This document shows, piece by piece, positions 1 through 8,938 of a stretch of DNA of 64,000 nt. Both the position numbers and the translations under genes were made by a program. Origin of the DNA: Candidatus Poriferihabitaceae bacterium (GTDB taxonomy: Bacteria > Pseudomonadota > Gammaproteobacteria > Arenicellales > Poriferihabitantaceae); the NCBI GenBank assembly GCA_965203265.1, contig CBDBBV010000002.1:1362773-1426772 (forward strand). The letters run 5' to 3'. The notes under the pieces are model-generated. The model worked only from the letters and a program-made list of their open reading frames with translations. It was not told the DNA's origin and ran no database searches. Position 1 is the first letter of the stretch; each line of letters opens with the position of its first letter.

Positions 1-1772
1 CGCCCGCGCAACTGGTGCAGCTGCGCCAGCCCGAGGCGCTCGGCGTTTTCGACGATCATGAGGCTGGCGGCGGGCACATCGACGCCCACTTCGATCACCG
101 TGGTGGCGACCAGCAGGTCGATGTCGCCGTGGTGGAATCTGCGCATGATTTCTTCCTTTTCGGCGGATTTCATGCGCCCGTGGATGAGATCGACGGCGAC
201 TTCGGGGAGTTGTCGGGCGAGGGTTTCGCGAGTTTCCGTGGCGGCCTGCGCCTGCAGTTTGTCCGATTCCTCGATGAGCGGGCATACCCAGTAGGCTTGC
301 TGCTTGCGTCCGCGCATTTTGCGGATGCGCGCGGCCACTTCGGCACGGCGGCTGTTGGGCAACACCACGGTGTGCACGGGTTTGCGCCCCGGCGGGAGTT
401 CGTCGATGCTGGAGATGTCGAGGTCGGCGTAGAAAATCATCGCCATGGAGCGCGGGATGGGCGTCGCGCTCATGATCAGCTGGTGCGGCACGATGCCGCT
501 ACCGCCGCTGCCGCCGTCGTCGCCTCCTCCCGCCTTGTTGCGCAGAGCCAGGCGTTGATCGACGCCGAAACGATGCTGCTCGTCGACGATCATCAGGCCG
601 AGGCGGTGGAATTCCACCTGCTGCTGGAAGAGGGCGTGGGTGCCGATGACCATCTGCGATTCCCCCGACTGAATGCGGTGCACCGATTTCGCCCGCGCCG
701 CCGCCGGCATTCGTCCGCTCAGCCATTCGAGTTCGATGCCGAGGGGTTCGAGCCATCCGGCGAAGGTTTTGCGATGCTGCTCGGACAGCAATTCCGTGGG
801 CGCCATGAGGGCCGCCTGATGGCCGCCGTCGATGGCGCTCAGCGCCGCCGCCGCCGCCACCACGGTCTTGCCGGAGCCCACATCCCCCTGAATCAAGCGC
901 ATGGCCGGCGATGAGCCGGCCAGATCGGCCAACACTTCGCCGATAACCCGCTGCTGGGCGGCGGTCAGGGTGAAGCTGAGTTGCGACTGCAATTTCTCCC
1001 AGCTGCCGCCGCCGGCGTTGCATCGGGGGGCGTTGCGCGCGCGGTGTTTTTCCCGCAGGCGGGCGAGGGCGAGGTGATGGGCGAGCAGCTCCTCGGTGGC
1101 TAGCCGTTGTTGCGCCGGGTGGGTACCGGCGAGCAGGGCGTCGGTGTCGGCATCGGGGGGCGGGTGGTGGACGGTTTGCAGGGCTTGTTCGAGGGGCATG
1201 AGGTCGAAGTGTTGGCGTACCGACTGGGGCAGGCATTCTTGCAGGTTATCAAGGTCGCGGTCGAGGGTTTGGCCGACCAATTTGCGCATGGCGTCGGCGC
1301 CGATGCCGGCGGTGGTCGGGTAGATCGGCGTGAGCGCGGCTTCGGTGGCGTTTTGCGGGTAATTCGGGTAGAGGCGGTATTCCGGATGCACCATTTCCGG
1401 CGGATGGATGCCGCTACGCCGCGCTTCGCCGTAGCAACGCACCCAGAGGCCCGTTTGGAAGCCGCGCTGTTGCGCCGGGTAGAAGTGGAAGAAGCGCAGA
1501 GTCAGGCCATCGGTTTCGTCGCGGATGTGAACCCGTAGGCTACGCCGCCGGCCCGGTTGAATGTCGGCTCCCTCGATTCGCCCCAGCACCACCGCCTCAC
1601 GCCCCATTTGCAGGTCGCGAATCGGGGTAATGCGGGTGCGATCCTGATAGCGGTACGGCAGATGGAAGAGCAGATCGCGCGGGTGCTCGATGCCCATCCG
1701 CTGCAGCCGCGCCGCAATTCGGGGGCCGATGCCGCCGAGTCGCTGCAGGGGATGTGGAGCCTTGGAGTTCAG
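1..1772 (-). CDS. recG: ATP-dependent DNA helicase RecG (C-terminus runs off the window; start codon unclear)
   Basis: Minus-strand translation gives PLQRLGGIGPRIAARLQRMGIEHPRDLLFHLPYRYQDRT near nt 1750-1640 and DLLVATTVIEVGVDVPAASLMIVENAERLGLAQLHQLRG at nt 1-120. It is absent from the ORF track because there is no stop in the window. There is an in-frame TGA at 1809-1811. No ATG/GTG/TTG lies before the conserved N-terminus; CTG at 1772 is the only candidate start. Confidence 0.85.
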   Translation of the reverse strand, partial: MNSKAPHPLQRLGGIGPRIAARLQRMGIEHPRDLLFHLPYRYQDRTRITPIRDLQMGREAVVLGRIEGADIQPGRRRSLRVHIRDETDGLTLRFFHFYPAQQRGFQTGLWVRCYGEARRSGIHPPEMVHPEYRLYPNYPQNATEAALTPIYPTTAGIGADAMRKLVGQTLDRDLDNLQECLPQSVRQHFDLMPLEQALQTVHHPPPDADTDALLAGTHPAQQRLATEELLAHHLALARLREKHRARNAPRCNAGGGSWEKLQSQLSFTLTAAQQRVIGEVLADLAGSSPAMRLIQGDVGSGKTVVAAAAALSAIDGGHQAALMAPTELLSEQHRKTFAGWLEPLGIELEWLSGRMPAAARAKSVHRIQSGESQMVIGTHALFQQQVEFHRLGLMIVDEQHRFGVDQRLALRNKAGGGDDGGSGGSGIVPHQLIMSATPIPRSMAMIFYADLDISSIDELPPGRKPVHTVVLPNSRRAEVAARIRKMRGRKQQAYWVCPLIEESDKLQAQAATETRETLARQLPEVAVDLIHGRMKSAEKEEIMRRFHHGDIDLLVATTVIEVGVDVPAASLMIVENAERLGLAQLHQLRG

Positions 1773-1816
1773 GGGGAATTCGCCTTGCGCCTTGCGTGGT
1801 GTTCGGTTTCAGCTTT

Positions 1817-2212
1817 TCAGCTGTGCTTGTCGAGCACGAGGACGGCTTCGATCTCGATGGCCGCGCCCTTGGGCAAGGCCGCCGCGCCGACCACCGCCCG
1901 CGCCGGATACGGCGCCCGAAAATAGCGCGCCATGACCTCGTTGACGACGGCGAAATTGGCCAGATCGGTGAGGAAAATGCTCACCTTGACGGCGTCGTTC
2001 AGCGTCCCGCCGGCAGCAGCGGCCACCGCCGCAAGGTTGCCGAACGCCTGACGAGCAGCGGCCTCGAAGTCGCGCCCCGCCATTTCACCGGTATTCGGGT
2101 CGAGGGGTATCTGCCCGGAAAGATAAACCGTGTCGCCGACTCGAACGCCCTGAGAATAAGTCCCAACGGCGGCGGGCGCTAGTTCGCTGTGGATGGCTTC
2201 GATGGCAGGCAT
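1817..2212 (-). CDS. ridA: RidA/YjgF family reactive-intermediate deaminase
   Basis: Track ORF 1817..2338 trimmed to Met43 ([39 protein letters not shown]...[10 protein letters not shown]). Size (131 aa) and motifs are typical of YjgF/RidA. Confidence 0.85.
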   Translation of the reverse strand: MPAIEAIHSELAPAAVGTYSQGVRVGDTVYLSGQIPLDPNTGEMAGRDFEAAARQAFGNLAAVAAAAGGTLNDAVKVSIFLTDLANFAVVNEVMARYFRAPYPARAVVGAAALPKGAAIEIEAVLVLDKHS

Positions 2213-2277
2213 GGCCGTCTCCGAGGTAGTTGAATCGGCAGAGATTACACCACACTCACGGGGATTTTTCCCGTTGG

Positions 2278-2346
2278 TGTACGATGCCGATACATCCCGG
2301 ATTACGGGCGGTTTGAAACTGGCGTAAGGAGGCGACAAGTGATTGA
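2278..2346 (+). repeat. 69-bp repeat copy 1: solo IS481-like terminal inverted repeat (37 nt) fused to RBS and start of a small ORF
   Basis: TGTACGATGCCGATACATCCCGGATTACGGGCGGTTT, then GAAACTGGCGTAAGGAGGCGACAAGTGATTGA. It is 64/69 identical to 2946..3014. The first 37 nt match the end of the IS at 3636 and the remnant at 36662. Confidence 0.8.
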
Positions 2347-2836
2347 TTTAGCAGGGTTTAGATCGGAGACGATCGCGCGGCAGCGGATTGCCGAGTATCT
2401 GGGCGGGGCGAGGTTTGCGTTGTTGTGGAAGAATACGCCGATTCTCCGTACTTTGGCGGAGCGGCGGAAGTTCGCACAGGAGCAACCGAGTTTGGACACG
2501 GCGGTGGCGGTGTTCGGCGCGGTGCTGCGGGAGCAGGGGATTCCGCCGTGGATGCGGCTATCCCGGGACGGAATCGGCCATATCAAGGCGAGCGGGCGGG
2601 GGATCAAGCCGGAGCATCTGCGACTGGTGCAGGCGGCGGTGGATGGGGAGCAGACCTATCAGCAGCGCGACAACCAATGGATTAGCTATGCGCGAGACGA
2701 GAAGCGGCAATGGTGGGCGGTGGCGTGGAAGCTTACCGGAGACGGGCGGCGAGCGTATCTGACGACGTTCCATCGAGCAGACGATCGGCATATCGAGCGA
2801 GATCGGCGACGCGGCGGGGAGGATGGAGAGGGGTGA
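2339..2836 (+). CDS. hypothetical protein (165 aa), paralog of 3007..3315
   Basis: GTG start 7 nt after AAGGAGG. The N-terminus ([14 protein letters not shown]) and the C-terminal block ([24 protein letters not shown]) align with the next ORF. I do not recognise a family with confidence. Confidence 0.5.
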   Translation: MIDLAGFRSETIARQRIAEYLGGARFALLWKNTPILRTLAERRKFAQEQPSLDTAVAVFGAVLREQGIPPWMRLSRDGIGHIKASGRGIKPEHLRLVQAAVDGEQTYQQRDNQWISYARDEKRQWWAVAWKLTGDGRRAYLTTFHRADDRHIERDRRRGGEDGEG

Positions 2837-2945
2837 TAGACGGTGCCTGCGGGCGCGTGACCTCCCGGTGGAACCTGTCCAGAACGACGACTGACTCAGG
2901 CACCCAATCGCAGGGTACTCCCTCGTAGGGGCAGTGTCAACTCAT

Positions 2946-3014
2946 TGTACGATGCCGATACATCCCGGACTCCGGGTGGTTTGAAAGTGGCGCAAGGAGG
3001 CGACAAGTGATTGA
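2946..3014 (+). repeat. 69-bp repeat copy 2 (solo IS481-like IR + RBS + start)
   Basis: TGTACGATGCCGATACATCCCGGACTCCGGGTGGTTTGAAAGTGGCGCAAGGAGGCGACAAGTGATTGA; see copy 1. Confidence 0.8.
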
Positions 3015-3315
3015 ATCAGTGGAATTGAGGACGGAGACGCTTGGGCGGGCGTTGGCGCGGACGATTGCCGATCCGGATGAGATTTGGCAGGTGAAGCTCC
3101 CCATCAAGCAGGATGTCGGCAGAGAAGTCGAAAAACGGAACTATGTGAAGTTTTGGCGGGATGAGGGCAAGACGTTAGCGACGCTGGCGGTGTTCAAGCG
3201 GGGGGATGATGGGTGGAAGATGGTTACAGGTTTCCAAGTCGACAGGAACGATTGGCTCTCCTACCTCAACCGACAGGTGCGCTTGGGCGAGCTGGTATAT
3301 GACAAGACAAAGTGA
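3007..3315 (+). CDS. hypothetical protein (102 aa), paralog of 2339..2836
   Basis: Same RBS and GTG context as copy 1. MIESVELRTETLGR... and ...LATLAVFKRGDDGWKMVTGFQVDRND align with ORF 2339..2836. Confidence 0.5.
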   Translation: MIESVELRTETLGRALARTIADPDEIWQVKLPIKQDVGREVEKRNYVKFWRDEGKTLATLAVFKRGDDGWKMVTGFQVDRNDWLSYLNRQVRLGELVYDKTK

Positions 3316-3626
3316 AAGCCGACAACGCCGCCCTATCCGAAGGTGCGGCTGGAAGAAAACAAGACGCCGTATACGGTATCGGTGATGGGGCGGGGAGATG
3401 GTGTACGAAAGAGGGGAAAATCAACCGGCCATGCCGCCGCATGACCGGTAACCCTTTGCTGCGCCTGATGAGGTCCGGCGGGAGCACTGCAACAGCAAGA
3501 GACCTGATTTTTCAGGATACCACTTGGCAGCGCCGCCGCCGCGCCACGAATTTCCGGGTTTGTAACTCTTCAAAGACGGCGTGATTCCCGGATGTTCAGC
3601 GAGTATTACAACATGCGGCGGGGGTG

Positions 3627-4598
3627 TCAAGGGGCTGTACGATGCCAATACATTCTGGACTCCGGATGGTTTTCCGCGAGGAACTGCACGGGGGAGCGGA
3701 ATTGCAGTGAGGCGTGGGGGCGGCGGGTGTTGTATTTTTCTAGGTAATCCAACAGGCGCTGGTTGAAAGCAACGCGGTCGGTGAGTAGCAGGTCTTCCTC
3801 GTAATCCACGAAATCCTCCTGAATGGTGCGGTTGAAGCGTTCCACGATGGCGTTCATTTTAGGCGATCTCGGATAGGTGTATGCGTGCGTCCAGCCCCTT
3901 TCTTTCGCAAACTGGTCGAACGCCCCGGCGAACTCCGAGCCGTTGTCGGTCAGGACGTTCTCAATGGGAAACGGAAACATCGCTTCGACCAATTCGGCGA
4001 ATCGGGCGGCGTTTTTACTCGATGCGCTTTCGGGGCAGATGGCCACAGACAAGCGGGTGGCGTGGTCGATGGCAACGATCAGGTATCGCCGCACGCCATC
4101 TATGTGCCGCACAATGGTGTCGAAGGCAACGCAACGGCCGGGGATGGTGGTGCGCCGGATGGCGCGGCTAAGTCGTTGTTTTATCTGGCGTGTGAATGCT
4201 TTGAGCCGGCCGTAGCGGGTGATATTCGCCGGAGCGATGCGCAGTCGATCCGGCTGGTCGGCGATGATGCGTCCGAGGGTGCGAGCGCTTGGGCATTTCA
4301 TCCTGTTTTCCGCGCACCACTTAGCCAGATGCACGCGCAGGGCTTCTCCGGCGATATTGGGAAACTCGCGGCGCAACTTTCGCATTTGCTCAATCAGGGC
4401 GCGCGGATAATTGCGCCGCCGCACGCGAAGCGGCTTGGTAGTGCGATTGGTGAGCGCCGCCACGCCGCCCTGCTGATACGCCTTGCGCCACGCATACAGC
4501 GTGCTGCGACTGACCTGAAAGGCCGTCATAGTTGCGTGAATGTCGTGTTCGCGCCATACTTCGAGGGCGCGGAGTTTGACTTCGGTCGACTGGCTCAT
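3627..4598 (-). CDS. IS481-family DDE transposase (HTH + rve integrase core)
   Basis: Track ORF 3627..4700 trimmed to MSQSTEVKLRALEVWREH..., whose ATG is at 4598, 5 nt after AAGGAGG. DDE/rve motifs are present (AFDT.., VLTDNGSEF, ERFNRTIQEDF). The last 3 codons and the stop lie in flanking DNA. Confidence 0.9.
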   Translation of the reverse strand: MSQSTEVKLRALEVWREHDIHATMTAFQVSRSTLYAWRKAYQQGGVAALTNRTTKPLRVRRRNYPRALIEQMRKLRREFPNIAGEALRVHLAKWCAENRMKCPSARTLGRIIADQPDRLRIAPANITRYGRLKAFTRQIKQRLSRAIRRTTIPGRCVAFDTIVRHIDGVRRYLIVAIDHATRLSVAICPESASSKNAARFAELVEAMFPFPIENVLTDNGSEFAGAFDQFAKERGWTHAYTYPRSPKMNAIVERFNRTIQEDFVDYEEDLLLTDRVAFNQRLLDYLEKYNTRRPHASLQFRSPVQFLAENHPESRMYWHRTAP

Positions 4599-4728
4599 GT
4601 GTGCCTCCTTCATTCCCAAAGAAGCAACATGATACATCCCGCGCACGCGGAAGCCGACACGCTGAATCAGCATGTCGGCTTCCCTTTTTCCGACAGCCAA
4701 AAGTCCAGAATGTTTCTGGCATTATGCA
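3636..4728 (-). mobile_element. IS481-family insertion sequence (intact)
   Basis: Imperfect terminal IRs: TGTACGATGCCAATACATTCTGGACT (3636->) and TGCATAATGCCAGAAACATTCTGGACT (reverse complement from 4728). GGGGC lies on both flanks (3631-3635 and 4729-4733), a possible 5-bp target duplication. It encloses a DDE transposase gene. Confidence 0.85.
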
Positions 4729-4733
4729 GGGGC

Positions 4734-4810
4734 TGTACGATGCCCGTATATGCCGCACACGCTTTCTTTTCCCACCAGCTAAAATTCCGAAATGTTTGCG
4801 GCATCATGCA
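4734..4810. mobile_element. 77-bp MITE-like element made of both IS481-like ends
   Basis: TGTACGATGCCCGTATATGCC... at the left end and ...AAAATTCCGAAATGTTTGCGGCATCATGCA at the right. The right end matches the IS end at 4702-4728. It has no coding capacity. Confidence 0.65.
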
Positions 4811-4815
4811 GACGA

Positions 4816-4993
4816 TCACCCTCCACCAACAAACCGCCGAATCACGGCGAGGAAATCGTCTCCGTATCGCGCCATCTTCACCTGCTCCACGCCGGATGCC
4901 GCGGCCATCTCCTCGGCATTGGCGGGTTTTGTCTTCGCCATGTCCGCCGACGTCGCGGTGGCGAAAATCATAAATGACGGTACATTCTACGCA
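4816..4993 (-). pseudogene. displaced duplicate of the recQ 3' end (last ~59 codons, HRDC region)
   Basis: Minus strand encodes [55 protein letters not shown]. RecQ encodes [55 protein letters not shown]. The 183-nt gapless match of 4811-4993 to 5629-5811 has 31 mismatches by hand count. Confidence 0.85.
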
Positions 4994-5301
4994 TGCACTG
5001 GATCCGCGCGCCGCTCGGCAACACGCCTGTCGCGACGCGCCTGCGCCAGCGCGTAGCTCGCCTGCATCCGCATCCAGTGCTCGGCGGTGCCCCAGCCGAT
5101 CGCCTCCAGCTGCAACGCCATCTTCGCGGACAAGCCCATCTTGCCGTTCAACAGGCGCGACAACGTCCCGCGCCGGCAGTCCAACCGCACCGCCGTCTCG
5201 GTAACATTCCATCCGACCTCATCCATACTCTCGCGGATCAGTTCGCCCAAGTGGGGCGGGTTCAGCATCGAGCCGACTCGATCATTTGCAATTTCATTCA
5301 T
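4987..5301 (-). CDS. higA: HigA-family antitoxin (XRE-type HTH)
   Basis: MNEIANDRVGSMLNPPHLGELIRESM...GTLSRLLNGKMGLSAKMALQLEAIGWGTAEHWMRMQASY. ATG at 5301 lies 6 nt after GAGGTG. It sits directly downstream of higB. Confidence 0.85.
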   Translation of the reverse strand: MNEIANDRVGSMLNPPHLGELIRESMDEVGWNVTETAVRLDCRRGTLSRLLNGKMGLSAKMALQLEAIGWGTAEHWMRMQASYALAQARRDRRVAERRADPVHA

Positions 5302-5321
5302 GGTAATCACCTCTGTTTCGC

Positions 5322-5594
5322 TCAATGGTAGTCGATCAGATCAACATCCACGGCCTCGCCATCCACAAAATGGAAGACTACGCGCCGGTTGCCGGAAACG
5401 CGGATGCTCCACTGGCTCGCGCGGCCACCCTTCAGGGGGTGCAACCGAAAGCCGGGGGCGTCGGCGCTGCCCGGATGCGTCGCTTCCTGCAAGCGGAACA
5501 GGATGCGTCGCAGCCGTGGCACCAGACTCGAAGGAAGCCGCGCGGCATCATCCTGCACGTGTAGCGCGCGCAATCCCTTGTGCCTGATCCGCAT
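5322..5594 (-). CDS. higB: HigB-family toxin (RelE/ParE superfamily, 'plasmid maintenance system killer')
   Basis: MRIRHKGLRALHVQDDAARLPSSLVPRLRRILFRLQEA...LHPLKGGRASQWSIRVSGNRRVVFHFVDGEAVDVDLIDYH. Gene order is toxin first, as in higBA. Confidence 0.85.
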   Translation of the reverse strand: MRIRHKGLRALHVQDDAARLPSSLVPRLRRILFRLQEATHPGSADAPGFRLHPLKGGRASQWSIRVSGNRRVVFHFVDGEAVDVDLIDYH

Positions 5595-5633
5595 GGTTCA
5601 CTGTAACATCTCGCGTTACACTACGCAAGACGC

Positions 5634-7487
5634 TCACCCCCCACCGCCAAACCGCCGAATCACGGCAAGAAAATCGTCCCCGTATCGCTCCATCTTCACC
5701 TGCCCCACGCCGGAGACCTCGGCCATTTCCTCGGCATCGGCGGGTTTTTTCCGTGCCATGTCCGCCAGCGTCGTGTTGTGGAATATCACATATGGCGGCA
5801 CATTCTGCGCGCGCGCCAGATTGAGGCGCAGTTCCCGCAGTTCCTCGAACAACAAGGTCTCGATGGAATCGAGGGGCTGAGCGGGTAGCGAAGGCTTGGT
5901 CGCCGTCCGCTTCCGCGCGGCCTTGCGTTCGGGCAGTTTTCGCAGGAGGATGGTTTGTTCGCCTTTCAGCACGGGGCGGCTCTTGGCGGTCAAGCGCAGG
6001 CCACCGTGGCCGTTGGGGTCGGGGGCGAGCAGGCCGGCTGCGGTCAGTTGCCGCAGAATCGATCTCCATTCGTTTACATTCCATTCCGTGCCGACGCCGT
6101 GCACGCTCAGCTGGTGGTGGTTGAACTGGTTGATCTTCGGGGTGTCCTTGCCGAGCAGCACATCGGTCAGGTGGGCGACGCCGAATCGCTGCCCGGTGCG
6201 GTAGACGCACGAAAGCGCTTTCTGCGCGGCCACGGTTCCGTCCCAGGTTTCCGGGGGGTCGAGGCAGTTGTCGCAGTTTCCGCAAGGGCCATCATATGGT
6301 TCGCCGAAGTAGCCGAGCATGATCTGCCGCCGGCAACTCGCGGACTCGCACAGCCCCAGCAGGGATTGCATCTTGCTGCGCTCCACGCGCTTGAATTCCT
6401 CATCGGCCTCGGAGTTCTGCAGCAGATTCAGCAGCATCACCACATCCTTGAACCCGTAGCTCATCCACGCGCTGGCGGGCAGCCCGTCGCGGCCGGCGCG
6501 GCCGGTTTCCTGATAGTAGGATTCGATGTTCTTGGGCAGATTCAAATGCGCCACAAAACGCACATCGGGCTTGTCGATTCCCATGCCGAAGGCGATGGTG
6601 GCGACGACGATGACGCCGTCCTCGCGCAGGAACAGATCGTGGTTGCGCGCCCGCTCCGCCGCCTCCATGCCGGCGTGATAGGGCACGGCGCGCAGCCCCT
6701 GAGTGCGCAGCCATTCGGCGGCCTCATCCACATTGCGGCGCGACAGGCAATAGACGATGCCCGAATCCCCCGGATGTTTTTGCGTGATGAAGTCGAGCAG
6801 CGCCCGCCGCGCGCCGGCCGTCTCGCTGATCTGGTAGCGGATATTGGGGCGATCGAAACTGGCGATGAATTGCTTGGCGTCGCGCAGTCGCAGCCCTTCG
6901 GCGATGTCCCGCCGAGTCAACTCGTCCGCGGTGGCGGTCAGGGCGATGCGCGGCACTTCGGCAAAACGCTCCGCCAGAACGGACAACTGCCGGTATTCCG
7001 GGCGGAAATCGTGTCCCCAACGGGACACGCAGTGGGCTTCGTCGATGGCGAACAGCGCGATTCGGACGCTCGCCAGCATGTCCAGCATCGACTCCGTGAG
7101 CAGTCCCTCCGGCGCCACATAGAGCAGGTCGAGATCGCCCTGACGCAGCTCCCGCCGGGTGTGCTGTCTTTCCATTTGCGACAAACTCGAATTCCAGAAC
7201 GCCGCGCGCACGCCGTACTGGCGCAACGCATCCACCTGATCCTTCATCAGCGCCACCAGCGGCGAGATCACGATGGCCGTGCCCGCGCGCACCAGTGCGG
7301 GGAGTTGATAGCACAGGGACTTGCCGCCGCCGGTGGGCATGATGGCGATGGCATTTTCACCGGCGATGACCTCGCGCACGATCTCCTCCTGATGGGGATG
7401 GAAGGCGCTGAAGCCGAAGGTGTCGCGCAGAATCGCGAAGGCGCGGTCGGTTTCCTTGCCGTTGTCCGTGTTCGTATTCAATGGCAT
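5634..7487 (-). CDS. recQ: ATP-dependent DNA helicase RecQ
   Basis: Track ORF trimmed to [37 protein letters not shown]. The ATG at 7487 is preceded by AGGAAAACGGA. Motifs present: DEAH ([20 protein letters not shown]), the Zn-finger cysteines and a C-terminal HRDC domain. Confidence 0.95.
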   Translation of the reverse strand: MPLNTNTDNGKETDRAFAILRDTFGFSAFHPHQEEIVREVIAGENAIAIMPTGGGKSLCYQLPALVRAGTAIVISPLVALMKDQVDALRQYGVRAAFWNSSLSQMERQHTRRELRQGDLDLLYVAPEGLLTESMLDMLASVRIALFAIDEAHCVSRWGHDFRPEYRQLSVLAERFAEVPRIALTATADELTRRDIAEGLRLRDAKQFIASFDRPNIRYQISETAGARRALLDFITQKHPGDSGIVYCLSRRNVDEAAEWLRTQGLRAVPYHAGMEAAERARNHDLFLREDGVIVVATIAFGMGIDKPDVRFVAHLNLPKNIESYYQETGRAGRDGLPASAWMSYGFKDVVMLLNLLQNSEADEEFKRVERSKMQSLLGLCESASCRRQIMLGYFGEPYDGPCGNCDNCLDPPETWDGTVAAQKALSCVYRTGQRFGVAHLTDVLLGKDTPKINQFNHHQLSVHGVGTEWNVNEWRSILRQLTAAGLLAPDPNGHGGLRLTAKSRPVLKGEQTILLRKLPERKAARKRTATKPSLPAQPLDSIETLLFEELRELRLNLARAQNVPPYVIFHNTTLADMARKKPADAEEMAEVSGVGQVKMERYGDDFLAVIRRFGGGG

Positions 7488-7569
7488 TCCGTTTTCCTGC
7501 GGTTCGAGATGGCGCGCCGAGGCAATCCGAACCGGCGGAATTCGCTCGGAATTCCGCCTTTCAGTCGCG

Positions 7570-8829
7570 CTAGGCGTCCTCGGCGTCCCCAGCGTCCTCG
7601 GCAAATTCGGCAATCGCGGCTTCCAACAACGCCAGCCCACGAGCGATTTCCGGTCCCGTAATAGTCAACGACGGCGCCAACCTCAGCACATCGGCACCGG
7701 CCACCAGCGCCAACAACCCGTGGTGGACGCAGGTTTCGACCAGATCGCGCGCGCGTCCCTTCCACGGCGCCTTCAATTCGCATCCGAGCAGCAGCCCTGC
7801 CCCGCGAATCTCGCTGAACACCGCATGCCGCCGGTTGATGGCCTCCAACCCCCGCGCCAACATCCCACCCTTCTCGCGCACCGCCTCGAGCATCTGCGGG
7901 GCGGCGGCGATTTCCAGCACCACATTGGCCACCGCGCACGCCAGCGGATTGCCGCCGAAGGTGCTGCCGTGGGTGCCGACGGCCAGACTGCGGGCGATGG
8001 CCTCGGTGGTCAGCATGGCGCCGACGGGGAAACCGCCGCCCAGCCCCTTGGCGGTGGTCAGGATGTCCGGGACAACGCCGAGTTTCTGGTACACATAGAG
8101 GAAACCGGAGCGGCCGACACCGGTTTGTACCTCGTCCAGTATCAATAGCGCGTCGTGGCGATCGCACAGTTCGCGGGCGGCGGCGACGAAATTCGCGGTG
8201 GCCGGCGTAACCCCGCCCTCGCCCTGAATCGGCTCCAGCATGACCGCGCAGGTGGATGGCCCGACGGCCTTTTCCAGAGCGGCGATATCGTTGAACGGCA
8301 AGTGGGTGATGCCGCCGGGTTTCGGCCCGAAACCGTTGCTGTATTTGCGCTGCCCGCCGACGCACACTGTGAAAAAGGTGCGCCCGTGAAAGGAGTTGTC
8401 GAAGGCGATGATGCCGTCCTTGTTCGCGCCGAATCGGTCGAAGGCGTGGCGGCGCGCCAGCTTGAGCGCGGCCTCGTTGACCTCGGAGCCGGAGTTGGCG
8501 AAGAACACCCGTTCGGCGAAGGTGAGGTCGCACAGCCGCTGCGCCAATTCGATGGCCGGCTGGTTGACCAGCAGATTGCTGACATGCCAGAGTTTGTCCG
8601 CCTGCGCCGCCAGCGCCGCGCGCAATCGCGGGTGGGCATGGCCGAGGGCGCTGACCGCAATTCCCGCGGCGAAGTCCAGATATTCTCTGCCGTCCGCATC
8701 CCACAACCGCGCCCCCTCGCCGCGCACCGGCACGATGGCCATCGGCGCGTAGTTTGGGGTCATCACTTGATCGTACAACTCCCGGTCGATTTTCGTTGTA
8801 TCGAGGGGGGGTGTCGGGGCGATTGCCAT
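7570..8829 (-). CDS. argD: acetylornithine/succinylornithine aminotransferase (class III PLP)
   Basis: Motifs ...[18 protein letters not shown]..., [14 protein letters not shown] and [14 protein letters not shown]. Confidence 0.85.
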   Translation of the reverse strand: MAIAPTPPLDTTKIDRELYDQVMTPNYAPMAIVPVRGEGARLWDADGREYLDFAAGIAVSALGHAHPRLRAALAAQADKLWHVSNLLVNQPAIELAQRLCDLTFAERVFFANSGSEVNEAALKLARRHAFDRFGANKDGIIAFDNSFHGRTFFTVCVGGQRKYSNGFGPKPGGITHLPFNDIAALEKAVGPSTCAVMLEPIQGEGGVTPATANFVAAARELCDRHDALLILDEVQTGVGRSGFLYVYQKLGVVPDILTTAKGLGGGFPVGAMLTTEAIARSLAVGTHGSTFGGNPLACAVANVVLEIAAAPQMLEAVREKGGMLARGLEAINRRHAVFSEIRGAGLLLGCELKAPWKGRARDLVETCVHHGLLALVAGADVLRLAPSLTITGPEIARGLALLEAAIAEFAEDAGDAEDA

Positions 8830-8938
8830 GATGGGGATCGGGGATCGGTGAATTGTCGCTGCAGGTGTGGCATTTTACCCCCATCGGTAGGAAAATAGCA
8901 GAGTTGATTTGCCCCCTTACGCAGAGGAGAGTATCGCC

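Noticed and set aside
15-914. Long plus-strand ORF (299 aa) at the window start, with similar long ORFs such as 5955..7661 +, 7478..10135 -, 12126..13562 +, 39374..41299 +, 49594..51081 -, 55503..57167 + and 22594..23682 +
   Set aside because: They are antisense or out-of-frame shadows of well-supported genes (recG, recQ, argD/ETF-QO, purL, acnB, ygfB/pepP, the methylase, znuA) in ~65% GC DNA. Their translations are Arg/Gly/Ala/Pro-rich with no family motifs.
3465-3472. CTGATGAG, the hammerhead-ribozyme core box, in the non-coding stretch between ORF 3007..3315 and the IS
   Set aside because: The required downstream GAAA box and the stem II/III complementarity are absent (GUCCGGCGGGAGCACUGCAAC follows), so the match is coincidental.
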